Of a stretch of 34,295 nucleotides of DNA, positions 10,267 to 19,383 are shown one piece after another. The notes beneath the pieces are model-generated. The model saw nothing but the letters and a program-made list of their open reading frames with translations. It was not told where the DNA came from and searched no databases. Made by a program: the position numbers and the translations under genes. This DNA is from a virus (lineage: Duplodnaviria; Caudoviricetes): IMG/VR virus record IMGVR_UViG_3300020446_000002, positions 1-34,295 of that record. The stretch is one strand, 5' to 3'. Every line of letters starts with the position of its first letter. The stretch's first letter is position 1.

Positions 10267-10367
10267 AATCTATTAAAAAATAATTGGCATATAATTAACC
10301 AAATGGCAAAAATGTAAATACCATATTTTTCCAAAAATATAATAATTTTCTGCCTATAAAAATCCAT
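10263..10367 (-). CDS. Putative 34-aa membrane peptide (MDFYRQKIIIFLEKYGIYIFAIWLIICQLFFNRL)
   Basis: Fills the gap between two genes, overlapping both (ATGA at its 3' end); hydrophobic helix. Confidence 0.45.
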   Translation of the reverse strand: MDFYRQKIIIFLEKYGIYIFAIWLIICQLFFNRL

Positions 10368-11133
10368 CTAGAACTGAATAATTTTTTTCTTTTGTTGTAT
10401 AATTTTTAAAAGGATTTATTATTATAAAATTATCTTTAAATGATACTGTTTCAAGTTCATCAAATTTTAATAAACAACTTGTAAGAATATTATCTTGATT
10501 TTGTGCAAATAATAACTCTTTGACCTTATATTCTATTTTATCTAATTTAAATTTTTCGTTTATATCTAATATTGTTGATAGGTTAAGGCTGTTTTTACCT
10601 TCTATTTGTTTTATTATAATTGTAAATGTATCATCACCATTATTTATAATTTCATCAAAATATAATTTAATATCACATAAATCATTTATAAAATCAGATG
10701 CTTTTTTATATTCATCAACACCTAAATTATATCTTTGTTCAATGACGTTATTAACTTGAATTTGTGTACTTGATTTGCTGTTTTCTGAATCTGGAAATTT
10801 TATGCCAACACTTGTTGTTTTTGGATTTAAATTTCTTACATAATCCCAATATGTAAAATATTTGATACATTCTTTTAAACCAAAATAAAGAACCAATACA
10901 TCATCTTTATAATAATAAAATTCATTAACATTTTCATTTTTGCCTAATGTTAATACTTCATACTTATTTTTATCAATGTTATTATTATAAATTTTATATT
11001 GAAAATCACCTAATAAATCTAAAATTGTATTTTTTGTATTTCTTTCAATATACAATTCTAAGTCGTTTGTTTCTTTGGTGTTTTGTGAAATTTTTACGTT
11101 ACCAACAAAATCATTTTTAGTTATTATTGTCAT
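10354..11133 (-). CDS. Head-tail adaptor/connector
   Basis: Follows the capsid gene; ILDLLG, YFGLKECIKYFTYWDY and TTSVGI pattern. Confidence 0.65.
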   Translation of the reverse strand: MTIITKNDFVGNVKISQNTKETNDLELYIERNTKNTILDLLGDFQYKIYNNNIDKNKYEVLTLGKNENVNEFYYYKDDVLVLYFGLKECIKYFTYWDYVRNLNPKTTSVGIKFPDSENSKSSTQIQVNNVIEQRYNLGVDEYKKASDFINDLCDIKLYFDEIINNGDDTFTIIIKQIEGKNSLNLSTILDINEKFKLDKIEYKVKELLFAQNQDNILTSCLLKFDELETVSFKDNFIIINPFKNYTTKEKNYSVLDGFL

Positions 11134-11137
11134 TTAA

Positions 11138-11145
11138 CAAATATA
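11138..11145 (-). promoter_or_regulatory. -7 element TATATTTG, 4 nt before ATG 11133
   Basis: Exact TAnnTTTG, directly after a terminator T tract. Confidence 0.65.
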
Positions 11146-11182
11146 AAAAAAAATAGCCAAGAAATAAATCAAGGCTATTTTT
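11146..11182. terminator. Terminator downstream of the major capsid gene
   Basis: Inverted repeat AAAAATAGCC/GGCTATTTTT with T tracts on both strands. Confidence 0.75.
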
Positions 11183-11203
11183 AAAAAATATATAAATTAT
11201 ATT

Positions 11204-12484
11204 TTATCCTTCTTGGCTTATGGCTCCTTGGTCTTCTTTAAAATCACCACAAACAATAGCCTCTTTTGAAATATATCTTAAAACTCCTCTCCATTCAGTT
11301 AGGATTGTTCTAAGGTTTTCAGTAAAGTCATTTCCACTCATACCAAATTCCAATTGCATATCCTCTTTAACATACATTCTTATTTGGCTCATATCTGCAA
11401 CAAAATATTTACCTGGTTCAATGTGAGTTGTGCTTGTTATTGCCACACCGTCTAGACTCATACCGTCTGCTGTAATTATCAACCTTTCGATATAATTTGC
11501 ATTTTTATCTTTGGTTAATTTTAACTTCATAACGTCATTTGGATGCATGAAAATTCTAGATGCTTTGTAATAATATTTACTTTCTAGACAATTCATTGCT
11601 ACAACTAAAACATCAAGAATGTTTGGTTCAGTTGTTGTAAAACCTTGCGCATCAAATTCAACGCAATTTTCTTCCATTCCCTTAATACCAGCATCACCTT
11701 TGCCTGTAAAACAATCTTTATCTACAATTTCAAGCAAATTACCAACTAATTCTCTGTTGATTTCTGATTGTAAGAAAGAAATATCGCTTAACATTTCAGT
11801 AGAAACTTTAATGTAATTAGCATATTTTTTCACAAAAGCTTGCTCAACAACCAATTTAAAATCAGATTGTGGTTTTGGTGAACCTTCTTCTTCAATGGCT
11901 CCAGCTGCATTTGCTCTGCCAATTTTTTTAACCCAAGTTATTACATTACTTGAAATAGGAGATTGGTCAACAAATGGTAAAAAACCTAATGTACTTCTTC
12001 TCTCATCATATACTCCAGGCTCTCTTGCAACCAAAGGTAAACCACCATTTTCATTTCCACTCACGACTGTATTTTGTCTTGTCATGTTGCTAGGTTCTTT
12101 TGTTACAATAGGTGTATTCATTTTAATAGCAAACTCATTATCTTTTGCCTCAGAAAGTGAACCCGATAATCCTTTGAGATTATTTATTTTTTTTGCCAAA
12201 ACATCTCTTAAACTTCTGTTAGAAACAATCATATCATTAGTTGAAACATCAGTTAATTTTTTAATTTTTAAACCTTGTTCAATTAATACAGAATTTAATT
12301 TTTCTAATTGCGTTTCAGTATCTTTTTTGTAATCGTTATATAATTTAGCAACCTCTTCTTTTGAAGATTTGCTTTTAATGGCATTATCAATTTCTGCTGA
12401 TTTGACCTCGTTAATTGTGTTATAATACCCAGCCAATTCCTCAACAGTCATATTTGCCAATTCCTCGTTTGTTTTTAAATCCAT
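11204..12484 (-). CDS. Major capsid protein, HK97 fold, with an N-terminal coiled-coil delta domain
   Basis: EEEGSPKPQSD, KKYANYIKVSTEMLSD, FMHPND..KLKLTKD and NDFTENLRTILTEWR motifs. Confidence 0.95.
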   Translation of the reverse strand: MDLKTNEELANMTVEELAGYYNTINEVKSAEIDNAIKSKSSKEEVAKLYNDYKKDTETQLEKLNSVLIEQGLKIKKLTDVSTNDMIVSNRSLRDVLAKKINNLKGLSGSLSEAKDNEFAIKMNTPIVTKEPSNMTRQNTVVSGNENGGLPLVAREPGVYDERRSTLGFLPFVDQSPISSNVITWVKKIGRANAAGAIEEEGSPKPQSDFKLVVEQAFVKKYANYIKVSTEMLSDISFLQSEINRELVGNLLEIVDKDCFTGKGDAGIKGMEENCVEFDAQGFTTTEPNILDVLVVAMNCLESKYYYKASRIFMHPNDVMKLKLTKDKNANYIERLIITADGMSLDGVAITSTTHIEPGKYFVADMSQIRMYVKEDMQLEFGMSGNDFTENLRTILTEWRGVLRYISKEAIVCGDFKEDQGAISQEG

Positions 12485-12494
12485 TTTTTTTAAT

Positions 12495-14117
12495 TTAAAA
12501 TTTATTAATATTTGGTAAAGTGTAAATTAAGAACTCACGAATCTTATTATCGTTTACGGCTTTATCTTTATGAGTAGTAATAACTGGCTCAATATTTAAA
12601 AGTGTAGTATATTGTTCTTGTATGTAGGCTAGTTCCTGTGCTAATAATTTAAAACAATTATCAGTATAAGTGCCATTGCCTAATTCTTTTCTTAACAGCA
12701 TCATTCTGCTATTTATATTTTCCAAAACTTCTTTTTTATCTTCATCTGATTTTATTACTCCATAACTTGGTGTGCTTGAATTTGCACCAAATGTAACATA
12801 AGAACCTTCCCAAAGTTTTACTTCATTAATTTCATAATAACCTTTTTTAGAATCTACAAATGATTTACCTTCCTCAGTTAAAGTCACATTATCATTTTTT
12901 TCATAATCTACCCAATTTGTCTTATCATCAATATATTGAAAACCAATTGAGTGTTCTTTGATTATTCCAGATTCATACATTTTCAATGCATCGTCACCGT
13001 CAGTATGAGTTCCAAGTTTAGATTCAAAATATAAACCAAAATCATCTTCTTGTAATTTTTGAATCACACCTATTGGTCTTCTTACATCATGATAAGCAAG
13101 GTGTGCTATTTTTCTGTTTGAACTTGAATTTGGACCACGTTCATTTATTGATTTTGAAAATGAACCTTTTCTAATTAAATCACCGTCTGAATCAACATTG
13201 TTAAATGCTGAAAAATAACCAGCAACTATTCTGTTTTTAGTATCTACATCTTTAATGTTTAAAAATGTGTTATTTCTATAATTATAATCTTTTTTCATTT
13301 TATTTTCATTTTCAATGGTTCTTATTGCCCATTCAATTCCAGATGTTCCACCCCATGCATCCCATGCTATACCACCACAACCCTCAGAATAAGGCACATC
13401 TTTATGTTGCTGATGTCGTTTAAATTTTGCCATTCTGCCAACAACATCTCTGCTGAGAGGTTCTCTATTTGCCAATTGATTCATTCTTTGTTTTCCAACA
13501 CTTGTTAGGCAATTATTTGGATTGTTATTTTCATCTAACCATTTTTTTGCTCTCTTGGCATTATTTGTTGCAGATTTAGGATAATCTGTATATGATTTTT
13601 TTAAACTTTTACTGGATTGTGGATGTCCTTTTGGCAATAAATCAGTATCATGTTTTCCACCTCTGAATCTGCCATTTCTTAGACAATATAAAAATGAATT
13701 AACACGAGCCATTGCCCATTGTTCTGGAGATGAAACATTTGGTCTTACTGAACCTGGATTTGTTCTATATGCGCCAACACCTCTTTTATATACCGTAAAA
13801 AGGGTATTGACTGTTGTTCTTTTGGATTGATTATTACCAACTTTTTCGTTGTGTTCTTTTACCTTATTTTGTAACGATTCTTTAAGTTTTCCTGTTGGTG
13901 CTTTAGTTTCGTTTTCCTTTTCATCACATTCACAATCGGTATCATCACTATCACAATCACAATCATCATGATATCTATTATGGTTTTTATTATCGTAAAC
14001 TGAATTGCAAAAAGCAAACCTTTGGTCATTATCTGGAAAATCTGTATTACTTTCCTCATCACTCATGCAACGATTCAAAAATTCGTTTCTGGTTTCATTT
14101 GTTTGTGGTGTTGGCAT
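12495..14117 (-). CDS. HK97-family prohead protease (Peptidase_S78) with an N-terminal multidomain extension of about 270 aa
   Basis: C-terminal half has GYFSAFNNVDSDGD, HLAYHD..RPIG, EHSIGF and EVKLWEGSYVTFGAN. Confidence 0.92.
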   Translation of the reverse strand: MPTPQTNETRNEFLNRCMSDEESNTDFPDNDQRFAFCNSVYDNKNHNRYHDDCDCDSDDTDCECDEKENETKAPTGKLKESLQNKVKEHNEKVGNNQSKRTTVNTLFTVYKRGVGAYRTNPGSVRPNVSSPEQWAMARVNSFLYCLRNGRFRGGKHDTDLLPKGHPQSSKSLKKSYTDYPKSATNNAKRAKKWLDENNNPNNCLTSVGKQRMNQLANREPLSRDVVGRMAKFKRHQQHKDVPYSEGCGGIAWDAWGGTSGIEWAIRTIENENKMKKDYNYRNNTFLNIKDVDTKNRIVAGYFSAFNNVDSDGDLIRKGSFSKSINERGPNSSSNRKIAHLAYHDVRRPIGVIQKLQEDDFGLYFESKLGTHTDGDDALKMYESGIIKEHSIGFQYIDDKTNWVDYEKNDNVTLTEEGKSFVDSKKGYYEINEVKLWEGSYVTFGANSSTPSYGVIKSDEDKKEVLENINSRMMLLRKELGNGTYTDNCFKLLAQELAYIQEQYTTLLNIEPVITTHKDKAVNDNKIREFLIYTLPNINKF

Positions 14118-14123
14118 ATCTTA

Positions 14124-14131
14124 CAAATATA
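14124..14131 (-). promoter_or_regulatory. -7 element TATATTTG, 6 nt before the protease ATG
   Basis: Exact TAnnTTTG in a 21-nt intergenic gap. Confidence 0.6.
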
Positions 14132-14138
14132 AGTAAAA

Positions 14139-15422
14139 TTATTTTTCATTTTGTAAATTTTCATTTTCTGTAATATCAACTTGATTCATTGAAATATATA
14201 CTGAATCCATGCTTTCATCATCTATTGAATCTAAACCTAATTGCCTTCTTGCATCATTACCCGAAATAATACCAGCCATTCTTAATTTTGTTAATCTATC
14301 AGCAATTAAATCCATATCTTGCTGTAATGGTTCGATGTTATCCAATTCTGGGCAAAGAACCAAATTTTTATTTAAAGATTGTGAAATTGGTTTTACTAGC
14401 CATGAATTTAACGCGTTTTCTGTTTTATGAATTTCTGGCAAAATTGCATCAGTCCATAATGCTTTTTGTGCCTCTTTTCTGTTATTAAATGTTTTATTAG
14501 CAGGGTCATTAAATAAGCTAGAATCTACATGATAGGCATTGCATAATGCCCTAAGTGTTATTACGCCCAAATCAAGTAACTCCATATCTTGTGGCGATAA
14601 TCCCATTTTTATAAAATCTAATTTTTTATTTGATACCATTACCTGACCAAATTTTTCTGAACCTCCTAATCTCTGATTTGCCTGAGATTGCATTTGCTTT
14701 GCTTGTTCTGGTGTCATTGGTCTATCACTATTATCAGTTAATATTCCAGAAACCCCTCGATTTTTTAAAACATTAGCCGATGCAGTCCACCTTTCTGAAC
14801 TTGTTTTCCAAACTTTCAATGTGCTTTCTAGTGGTGAAATACCATATAAATTGCTAATTGTATCACAGGGATTTGGGTATTTGGTATGTAAAATATTTTC
14901 TTTATCGTAAAAATCTTTTATATTATTTATATTATTATAACCAATTATATCATCGGCATTGTTTGAATTATTTTTTGTTTTAATTTCTACATATTGACTC
15001 ACAAGGTTTCTTAATTCTTGAAAATAATCAAAACCCTCTGGTTTTATTCCATGTATAAATGAATTTCCAGTTAACAATCTATATATATAATGTTCCTCTA
15101 AAAATTCACCCCACGTTTGATATGAATTTGGATTTTCAATTATTTTTTGTAATGGAGTATCATTGTTAATTTCATGACTTCCATCGGCAAAATATTCTTT
15201 TACATGCCATTTAATATTTGATGCGTTTCTTGCTATATAAGATGTTATGCTATAAACATCTGCATTTCTAGCGTATGAATCATTTATTAATTCTGGTAAA
15301 TTTTGGTAATCAAAATTAAAATTTCTGTTGTTTAAATATTGGTAAAATCCTGAAATGCCTTTGATATCATTATTGGTTAATGAGGCACCAATGTTAAAAA
15401 AAAATTTAGATAAACTGTTCAT
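14139..15422 (-). CDS. Portal protein (HK97 family)
   Basis: PNSYQTWGEF, LLTGNSF, LYGISPL, LSPQDMEL and NDARRQLGL motifs. Confidence 0.95.
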   Translation of the reverse strand: MNSLSKFFFNIGASLTNNDIKGISGFYQYLNNRNFNFDYQNLPELINDSYARNADVYSITSYIARNASNIKWHVKEYFADGSHEINNDTPLQKIIENPNSYQTWGEFLEEHYIYRLLTGNSFIHGIKPEGFDYFQELRNLVSQYVEIKTKNNSNNADDIIGYNNINNIKDFYDKENILHTKYPNPCDTISNLYGISPLESTLKVWKTSSERWTASANVLKNRGVSGILTDNSDRPMTPEQAKQMQSQANQRLGGSEKFGQVMVSNKKLDFIKMGLSPQDMELLDLGVITLRALCNAYHVDSSLFNDPANKTFNNRKEAQKALWTDAILPEIHKTENALNSWLVKPISQSLNKNLVLCPELDNIEPLQQDMDLIADRLTKLRMAGIISGNDARRQLGLDSIDDESMDSVYISMNQVDITENENLQNEK

Positions 15423-15426
15423 GTTT

Positions 15427-15434
15427 CAAATATA
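15427..15434 (-). promoter_or_regulatory. -7 element TATATTTG, 4 nt before the portal ATG
   Basis: Exact TAnnTTTG in a 26-nt gap. Confidence 0.65.
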
Positions 15435-15448
15435 AGCAAATTATTGTT

Positions 15449-16855
15449 TTAATAAATAAATGGTTTTGATGTGTTTTCTAGTTCCTCAACTATTCCTGTC
15501 AAGGTATCTACACAATCATCAGTTTGATTTGTTCCAGCCTTTGTAAATTTATTAACATGGTCGTAAAATATTGGAAAATTAATTTGCCAATTTTTTGGAA
15601 AAAAAACATTTCTTTGAACGCTACTCTGATTGCTTAATATTCTAGCCATTTTATTTTTAGATTGATGATGTGGTACAATTTGTGTTTTATAATAATTTTT
15701 TTCGTTTAATAATTTTTCTACATTTCTACCAAAAACCCTACCACCATTATTTGATTCGATAACAGCCTCAACAACATCAAATTTAATACATTGTTCAACC
15801 AACATTATTTCTGTATATTCAACACTTTTTTGAGTATAAATAACATCTAAAATAAATGCTTGATTATTTATTACCTTATATGCAATTGAACACAAATAAT
15901 CTTTTCCTGTATCTGCAACATCACAATAAATTTTTACCTCACCTATTTCGTTTTTTATATCTAAATTATATGTTTTTAAATTTGTATATAATAAACCTAT
16001 TTGTGGCATTGGTTCTTGTTGAAACAAATTGGCAAAAATCATAGGATTTTTTGATTTTATATTAATTAACTTTTCTTTACTATGTCTATCCTCCCAAAGT
16101 GCCTCGCCAATTTTTCTTATATCATTTTCAATAAATTCATCAGTTTTAAGTGCTGGATATTTTATAACAGTCCATTGATTTGGTTCTTCTTTTAACAATT
16201 TACCTGCCAAATCATCTTGATGCCAACGTGTGAAAACTATTAAAATTTGTGAATCATTATGCAGACGGGTTTCTGCAGTTGTATTATACCATTCCCAAAC
16301 ATTTTGCCTTATTGTGCTTGACCATGCATTTTGCGAATCTTTATAAATATCATCTATTATCAATTTATCAATTTGTCTGGATGTTAAGGCACCACCAACA
16401 CCAATAGAAACAACAGACCCTTTATAATTTGGTATTTCAAATTCTGCTTTGTTTTTTAAATATCCGTCATTGCCTTCAATATTTAAATTAATTTCTGGGA
16501 ATAAGTAACGATAATTTTTATCAGTCATTATTCTTTGAATATCTTTACCAAATTTCGCGCCTATTGTTGCATTATATGAAACAACACCAATTTTTTGGTT
16601 CGGATTATTGCCTAAAGTCCAAGCTGGATATCTTCTGGTTGATATTTCAGATTTTCCATGTTGAGGTGGCATGAAAATCATTAATTTTTTTATTTCTTTA
16701 TTCTCAAAACATTGTATTTTTTCACATATTTGCTTGTGAAACCATTGTAAAGAATAATCATTTTTGGTATATTTTATAAAACTTTTAAAATCATTTTTAA
16801 TTTTACGCCTGTATAATTCACGCAAAATTTTATATTCTTGAATGTTTTTATTCAA
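15449..16855 (-). CDS. terL: Terminase large subunit (TTG start)
   Basis: Walker A MPPQHGKS, Walker B LIIDD, TRWHQDDL, nuclease motifs CDVAD..KD and DDCVD. Confidence 0.96.
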   Translation of the reverse strand: MNKNIQEYKILRELYRRKIKNDFKSFIKYTKNDYSLQWFHKQICEKIQCFENKEIKKLMIFMPPQHGKSEISTRRYPAWTLGNNPNQKIGVVSYNATIGAKFGKDIQRIMTDKNYRYLFPEINLNIEGNDGYLKNKAEFEIPNYKGSVVSIGVGGALTSRQIDKLIIDDIYKDSQNAWSSTIRQNVWEWYNTTAETRLHNDSQILIVFTRWHQDDLAGKLLKEEPNQWTVIKYPALKTDEFIENDIRKIGEALWEDRHSKEKLINIKSKNPMIFANLFQQEPMPQIGLLYTNLKTYNLDIKNEIGEVKIYCDVADTGKDYLCSIAYKVINNQAFILDVIYTQKSVEYTEIMLVEQCIKFDVVEAVIESNNGGRVFGRNVEKLLNEKNYYKTQIVPHHQSKNKMARILSNQSSVQRNVFFPKNWQINFPIFYDHVNKFTKAGTNQTDDCVDTLTGIVEELENTSKPFIY

Positions 16856-16857
16856 AA

Positions 16858-17241
16858 CTAATTTTTTAAAGCATTCCTTAATTCAGATAATTTTAAATTA
16901 AGTTCCTCATCAGTCATTTGTTCTATTTCAGAAATTTGCGTAACTATTTCTTGCCTTTCAATGTAGCCCCTAGATTTGCCTTTACATTTTAAAAAAAACA
17001 TAGTTGAACTAGGAACATTATCAGCAATCTGTTCAAAAAGTTTTGATTCTCCAAAATCAAGAGCAATTTCAGCAACATCATCACAATTTTTTTTAAATGT
17101 TAAATCGTTATTATACCAATCATAATAAGTTGACCTGTGAATACCAACATTTTTACATGCTGTTGTTACAATGCCAAGGCTTTTTTCTAACGCTTGAATC
17201 ATTGCTTTTTTTAATATGTCGGTTTTTGTCGGATTCGCCAT
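16858..17241 (-). CDS. terS: Terminase small subunit
   Basis: HTH ALEKSLGIVTTACKNVGIHRSTYYDW and FFLKCKGKSRGY; immediately upstream of terL. Confidence 0.85.
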   Translation of the reverse strand: MANPTKTDILKKAMIQALEKSLGIVTTACKNVGIHRSTYYDWYNNDLTFKKNCDDVAEIALDFGESKLFEQIADNVPSSTMFFLKCKGKSRGYIERQEIVTQISEIEQMTDEELNLKLSELRNALKN

Positions 17242-17245
17242 ATTA

Positions 17246-17253
17246 CAAAACTA
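17246..17253 (-). promoter_or_regulatory. -7 element TAGTTTTG, 4 nt before the terS ATG
   Basis: Matches TAnnTTTG in a 19-nt gap. Confidence 0.6.
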
Positions 17254-17260
17254 TAAAATT

Positions 17261-18130
17261 TTATTGGTTTTTTTTATAAAATTCTTTTAATGGAGTATGA
17301 TTTATTTTTTTTAACTTCTTTAATTTAAAATTTTGTTTGGGCTTTTCAATTATATTTTTCTTTTTAATTAAAGGATGTTTAAAATATTTCCAATAAACAT
17401 GATGATGAGGTCTGCCATATTTAAGTATTGTTTTACAATATTGAGGCCATATTTTTTCAATAGATTGTGCTTTTAATATTTTTTTTTCATTAGCATTATC
17501 TAGATATAATTCATCTTGATTCCCACCTTTCATTTTTGCAACTGTGCTAATTTTATCTATTGTAAAAGCATTAATTAAAATTGTTGAATAACCTTTATCT
17601 AATACTTGTAGGCAAAGGTCAATATCTTCATTATATTTTAAACGCCACCTAAATGGTATATTGTTTTTGATTAACATTCCAGAATAACATTTGGTATTTA
17701 TTAGAAATGGTTTTTTATCTGTATAACCTGGAACTACAAAAGTTGTATAATTAAAACCAGATATAACAACATTAATATATCTATTTGTAAATTTTTCTAC
17801 TGATGTCATTGCTTTTCCAGAATTGCAAATAATTTTGAAACCTTTATTAACTTTTCTTATTGCACTAATATTATCATCAAAAATCCAATGCTTTTTGAAT
17901 CCTTTACTAATACTATGTTCCCACGCAAAGTTTCTTGCAGGATATGAACCTAAACCTAAATTAGAAAAATCAGTAATGAGTATATTTTCTTTTTTAATTG
18001 ATTGTAGATAATCGTTATATTCTTGTGGTTCTATAACTATTTTAAAATCAACTTTATCGTTATATAAGAATTTAGCAGTTAATGGATTTTCATATCTGCC
18101 TTTGCTAACTATATAAACTGGATATTCCAT
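17261..18130 (-). CDS. TET-associated glycosyltransferase (TAGT)/GREB1-like GT-A family protein
   Basis: YPVYIVSKGR, IEPQEY, PARNFAWEHS, HWIFDDNI, YNEDIDLCLQ, MKGGN and RPHHHV motifs. Confidence 0.8.
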   Translation of the reverse strand: MEYPVYIVSKGRYENPLTAKFLYNDKVDFKIVIEPQEYNDYLQSIKKENILITDFSNLGLGSYPARNFAWEHSISKGFKKHWIFDDNISAIRKVNKGFKIICNSGKAMTSVEKFTNRYINVVISGFNYTTFVVPGYTDKKPFLINTKCYSGMLIKNNIPFRWRLKYNEDIDLCLQVLDKGYSTILINAFTIDKISTVAKMKGGNQDELYLDNANEKKILKAQSIEKIWPQYCKTILKYGRPHHHVYWKYFKHPLIKKKNIIEKPKQNFKLKKLKKINHTPLKEFYKKNQ

Positions 18131-18798
18131 TTACTTTTGTCAGTTGGTTTGCCTCCCCACCTATGGTTGCTGAAATGCGCACAAATCATATTATTAGGAA
18201 AATTATTTTTATTACTAAACATTTTGATTTTATCTTCTCTCTTTGGTGCCATGAAACCATTAAATGGGTAAAATGTTTCCATTGGCAAGTGATTTATGTC
18301 CTTTCTACCAAATAATATAGAAGATATATAAGTTGGTCCTGTTTGAACAGATGATTGCCTATTCAAATGTTTATCATAATAATTTGGCAATTTTTCCAAA
18401 ACCTCTTTAAAAGCAATATGATTTGCTGGTGAACCTATAACTGCATTTTCAAATGATTTATTAGACCGTTTGGCTAAAAATGGTCTGTTATCTTTGTTTA
18501 AAATTTCATCAAAAGATTTCAAAGGCATTATATCAGTATCAACATAAATTCCACCAATTTGGTATAAAGCACAATATCTTAAAATGTTTGATACGCTAGA
18601 TTTCCATTTAACATTAGTAATAACCCTTGTTAAATATGGCGGTATTTTTATTGTTGAGCCAATATCCTTATCAGTTAAAGTAATAAAATGATAATCTGGA
18701 TGAATTTTTTTAAAATCATTCCACCATTCTTGAAATTTATTAGGCATTGGTTTATTACCAATCCAAATTCTTATAAATCTTTTAGGTATTTTATTCAT
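18109..18798 (-). CDS. DXD glycosyltransferase, GT32/OCH1-like
   Basis: KIPKRFIRIWIG, SNILRYCALYQIGGIYVDTD, NAVIGS...H, TGP, FYP and H....W motifs. Confidence 0.9.
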   Translation of the reverse strand: MNKIPKRFIRIWIGNKPMPNKFQEWWNDFKKIHPDYHFITLTDKDIGSTIKIPPYLTRVITNVKWKSSVSNILRYCALYQIGGIYVDTDIMPLKSFDEILNKDNRPFLAKRSNKSFENAVIGSPANHIAFKEVLEKLPNYYDKHLNRQSSVQTGPTYISSILFGRKDINHLPMETFYPFNGFMAPKREDKIKMFSNKNNFPNNMICAHFSNHRWGGKPTDKSKWNIQFI

Positions 18799-19381
18799 AC
18801 TCTAAACTTTTTAAATCTTTAGTTCCTGTATATGGATAATGGGTTGACCATGTGACCTTATCTTTATGTGTTATTTCAATTTTGTATTTATCTAAAAAAT
18901 CAAGTCTATCTTGCTCATTCAAAAAAGAAACTATAATTTTAAATACTTCGCCTTTTGGACTAAATTCTGGCATATCTACCCATTCGCTGTTTTCATCACC
19001 TTCATTTACCATAGTAATATCTTCATTTTGTTCATTCCATACATCAATACCCCAACTATCTAAATCTTTACTGTTCCAATCATTTATTAAAATTGACCAA
19101 TCCCAATCACCAAAACTCGAATTGTCCTTAATTACAAACTCTTTTTTTTGTTTTTCAGTTAAACCTTTTAAAACATGAACTGGAACATCAGTATAATTTA
19201 ATTCTTTGCATGCTTTGAATCTCATATTACCACCTAAAATCACATTATTTTCATCTATTACCAATGGTCTGGCATTCATCATTTCTGGAAAATCTTTAAT
19301 GCTTTTTACCAATTTTTTAAATTTTATATCATTTATTATCCTTGGGTTATTCGGATTTTCTTTTATTTTTTTTATATCCAT
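18791..19381 (-). CDS. ParB/Srx N-terminal domain protein with a C-terminal EWxxMPEF domain (ATG 19381 preferred over TTG 19405)
   Basis: NPNNPR, LVKSI, RPLVIDENNVILGGNMRFKAC and IKDN motifs. Confidence 0.85.
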   Translation of the reverse strand: MDIKKIKENPNNPRIINDIKFKKLVKSIKDFPEMMNARPLVIDENNVILGGNMRFKACKELNYTDVPVHVLKGLTEKQKKEFVIKDNSSFGDWDWSILINDWNSKDLDSWGIDVWNEQNEDITMVNEGDENSEWVDMPEFSPKGEVFKIIVSFLNEQDRLDFLDKYKIEITHKDKVTWSTHYPYTGTKDLKSLEYE

Positions 19382-19383
19382 TT

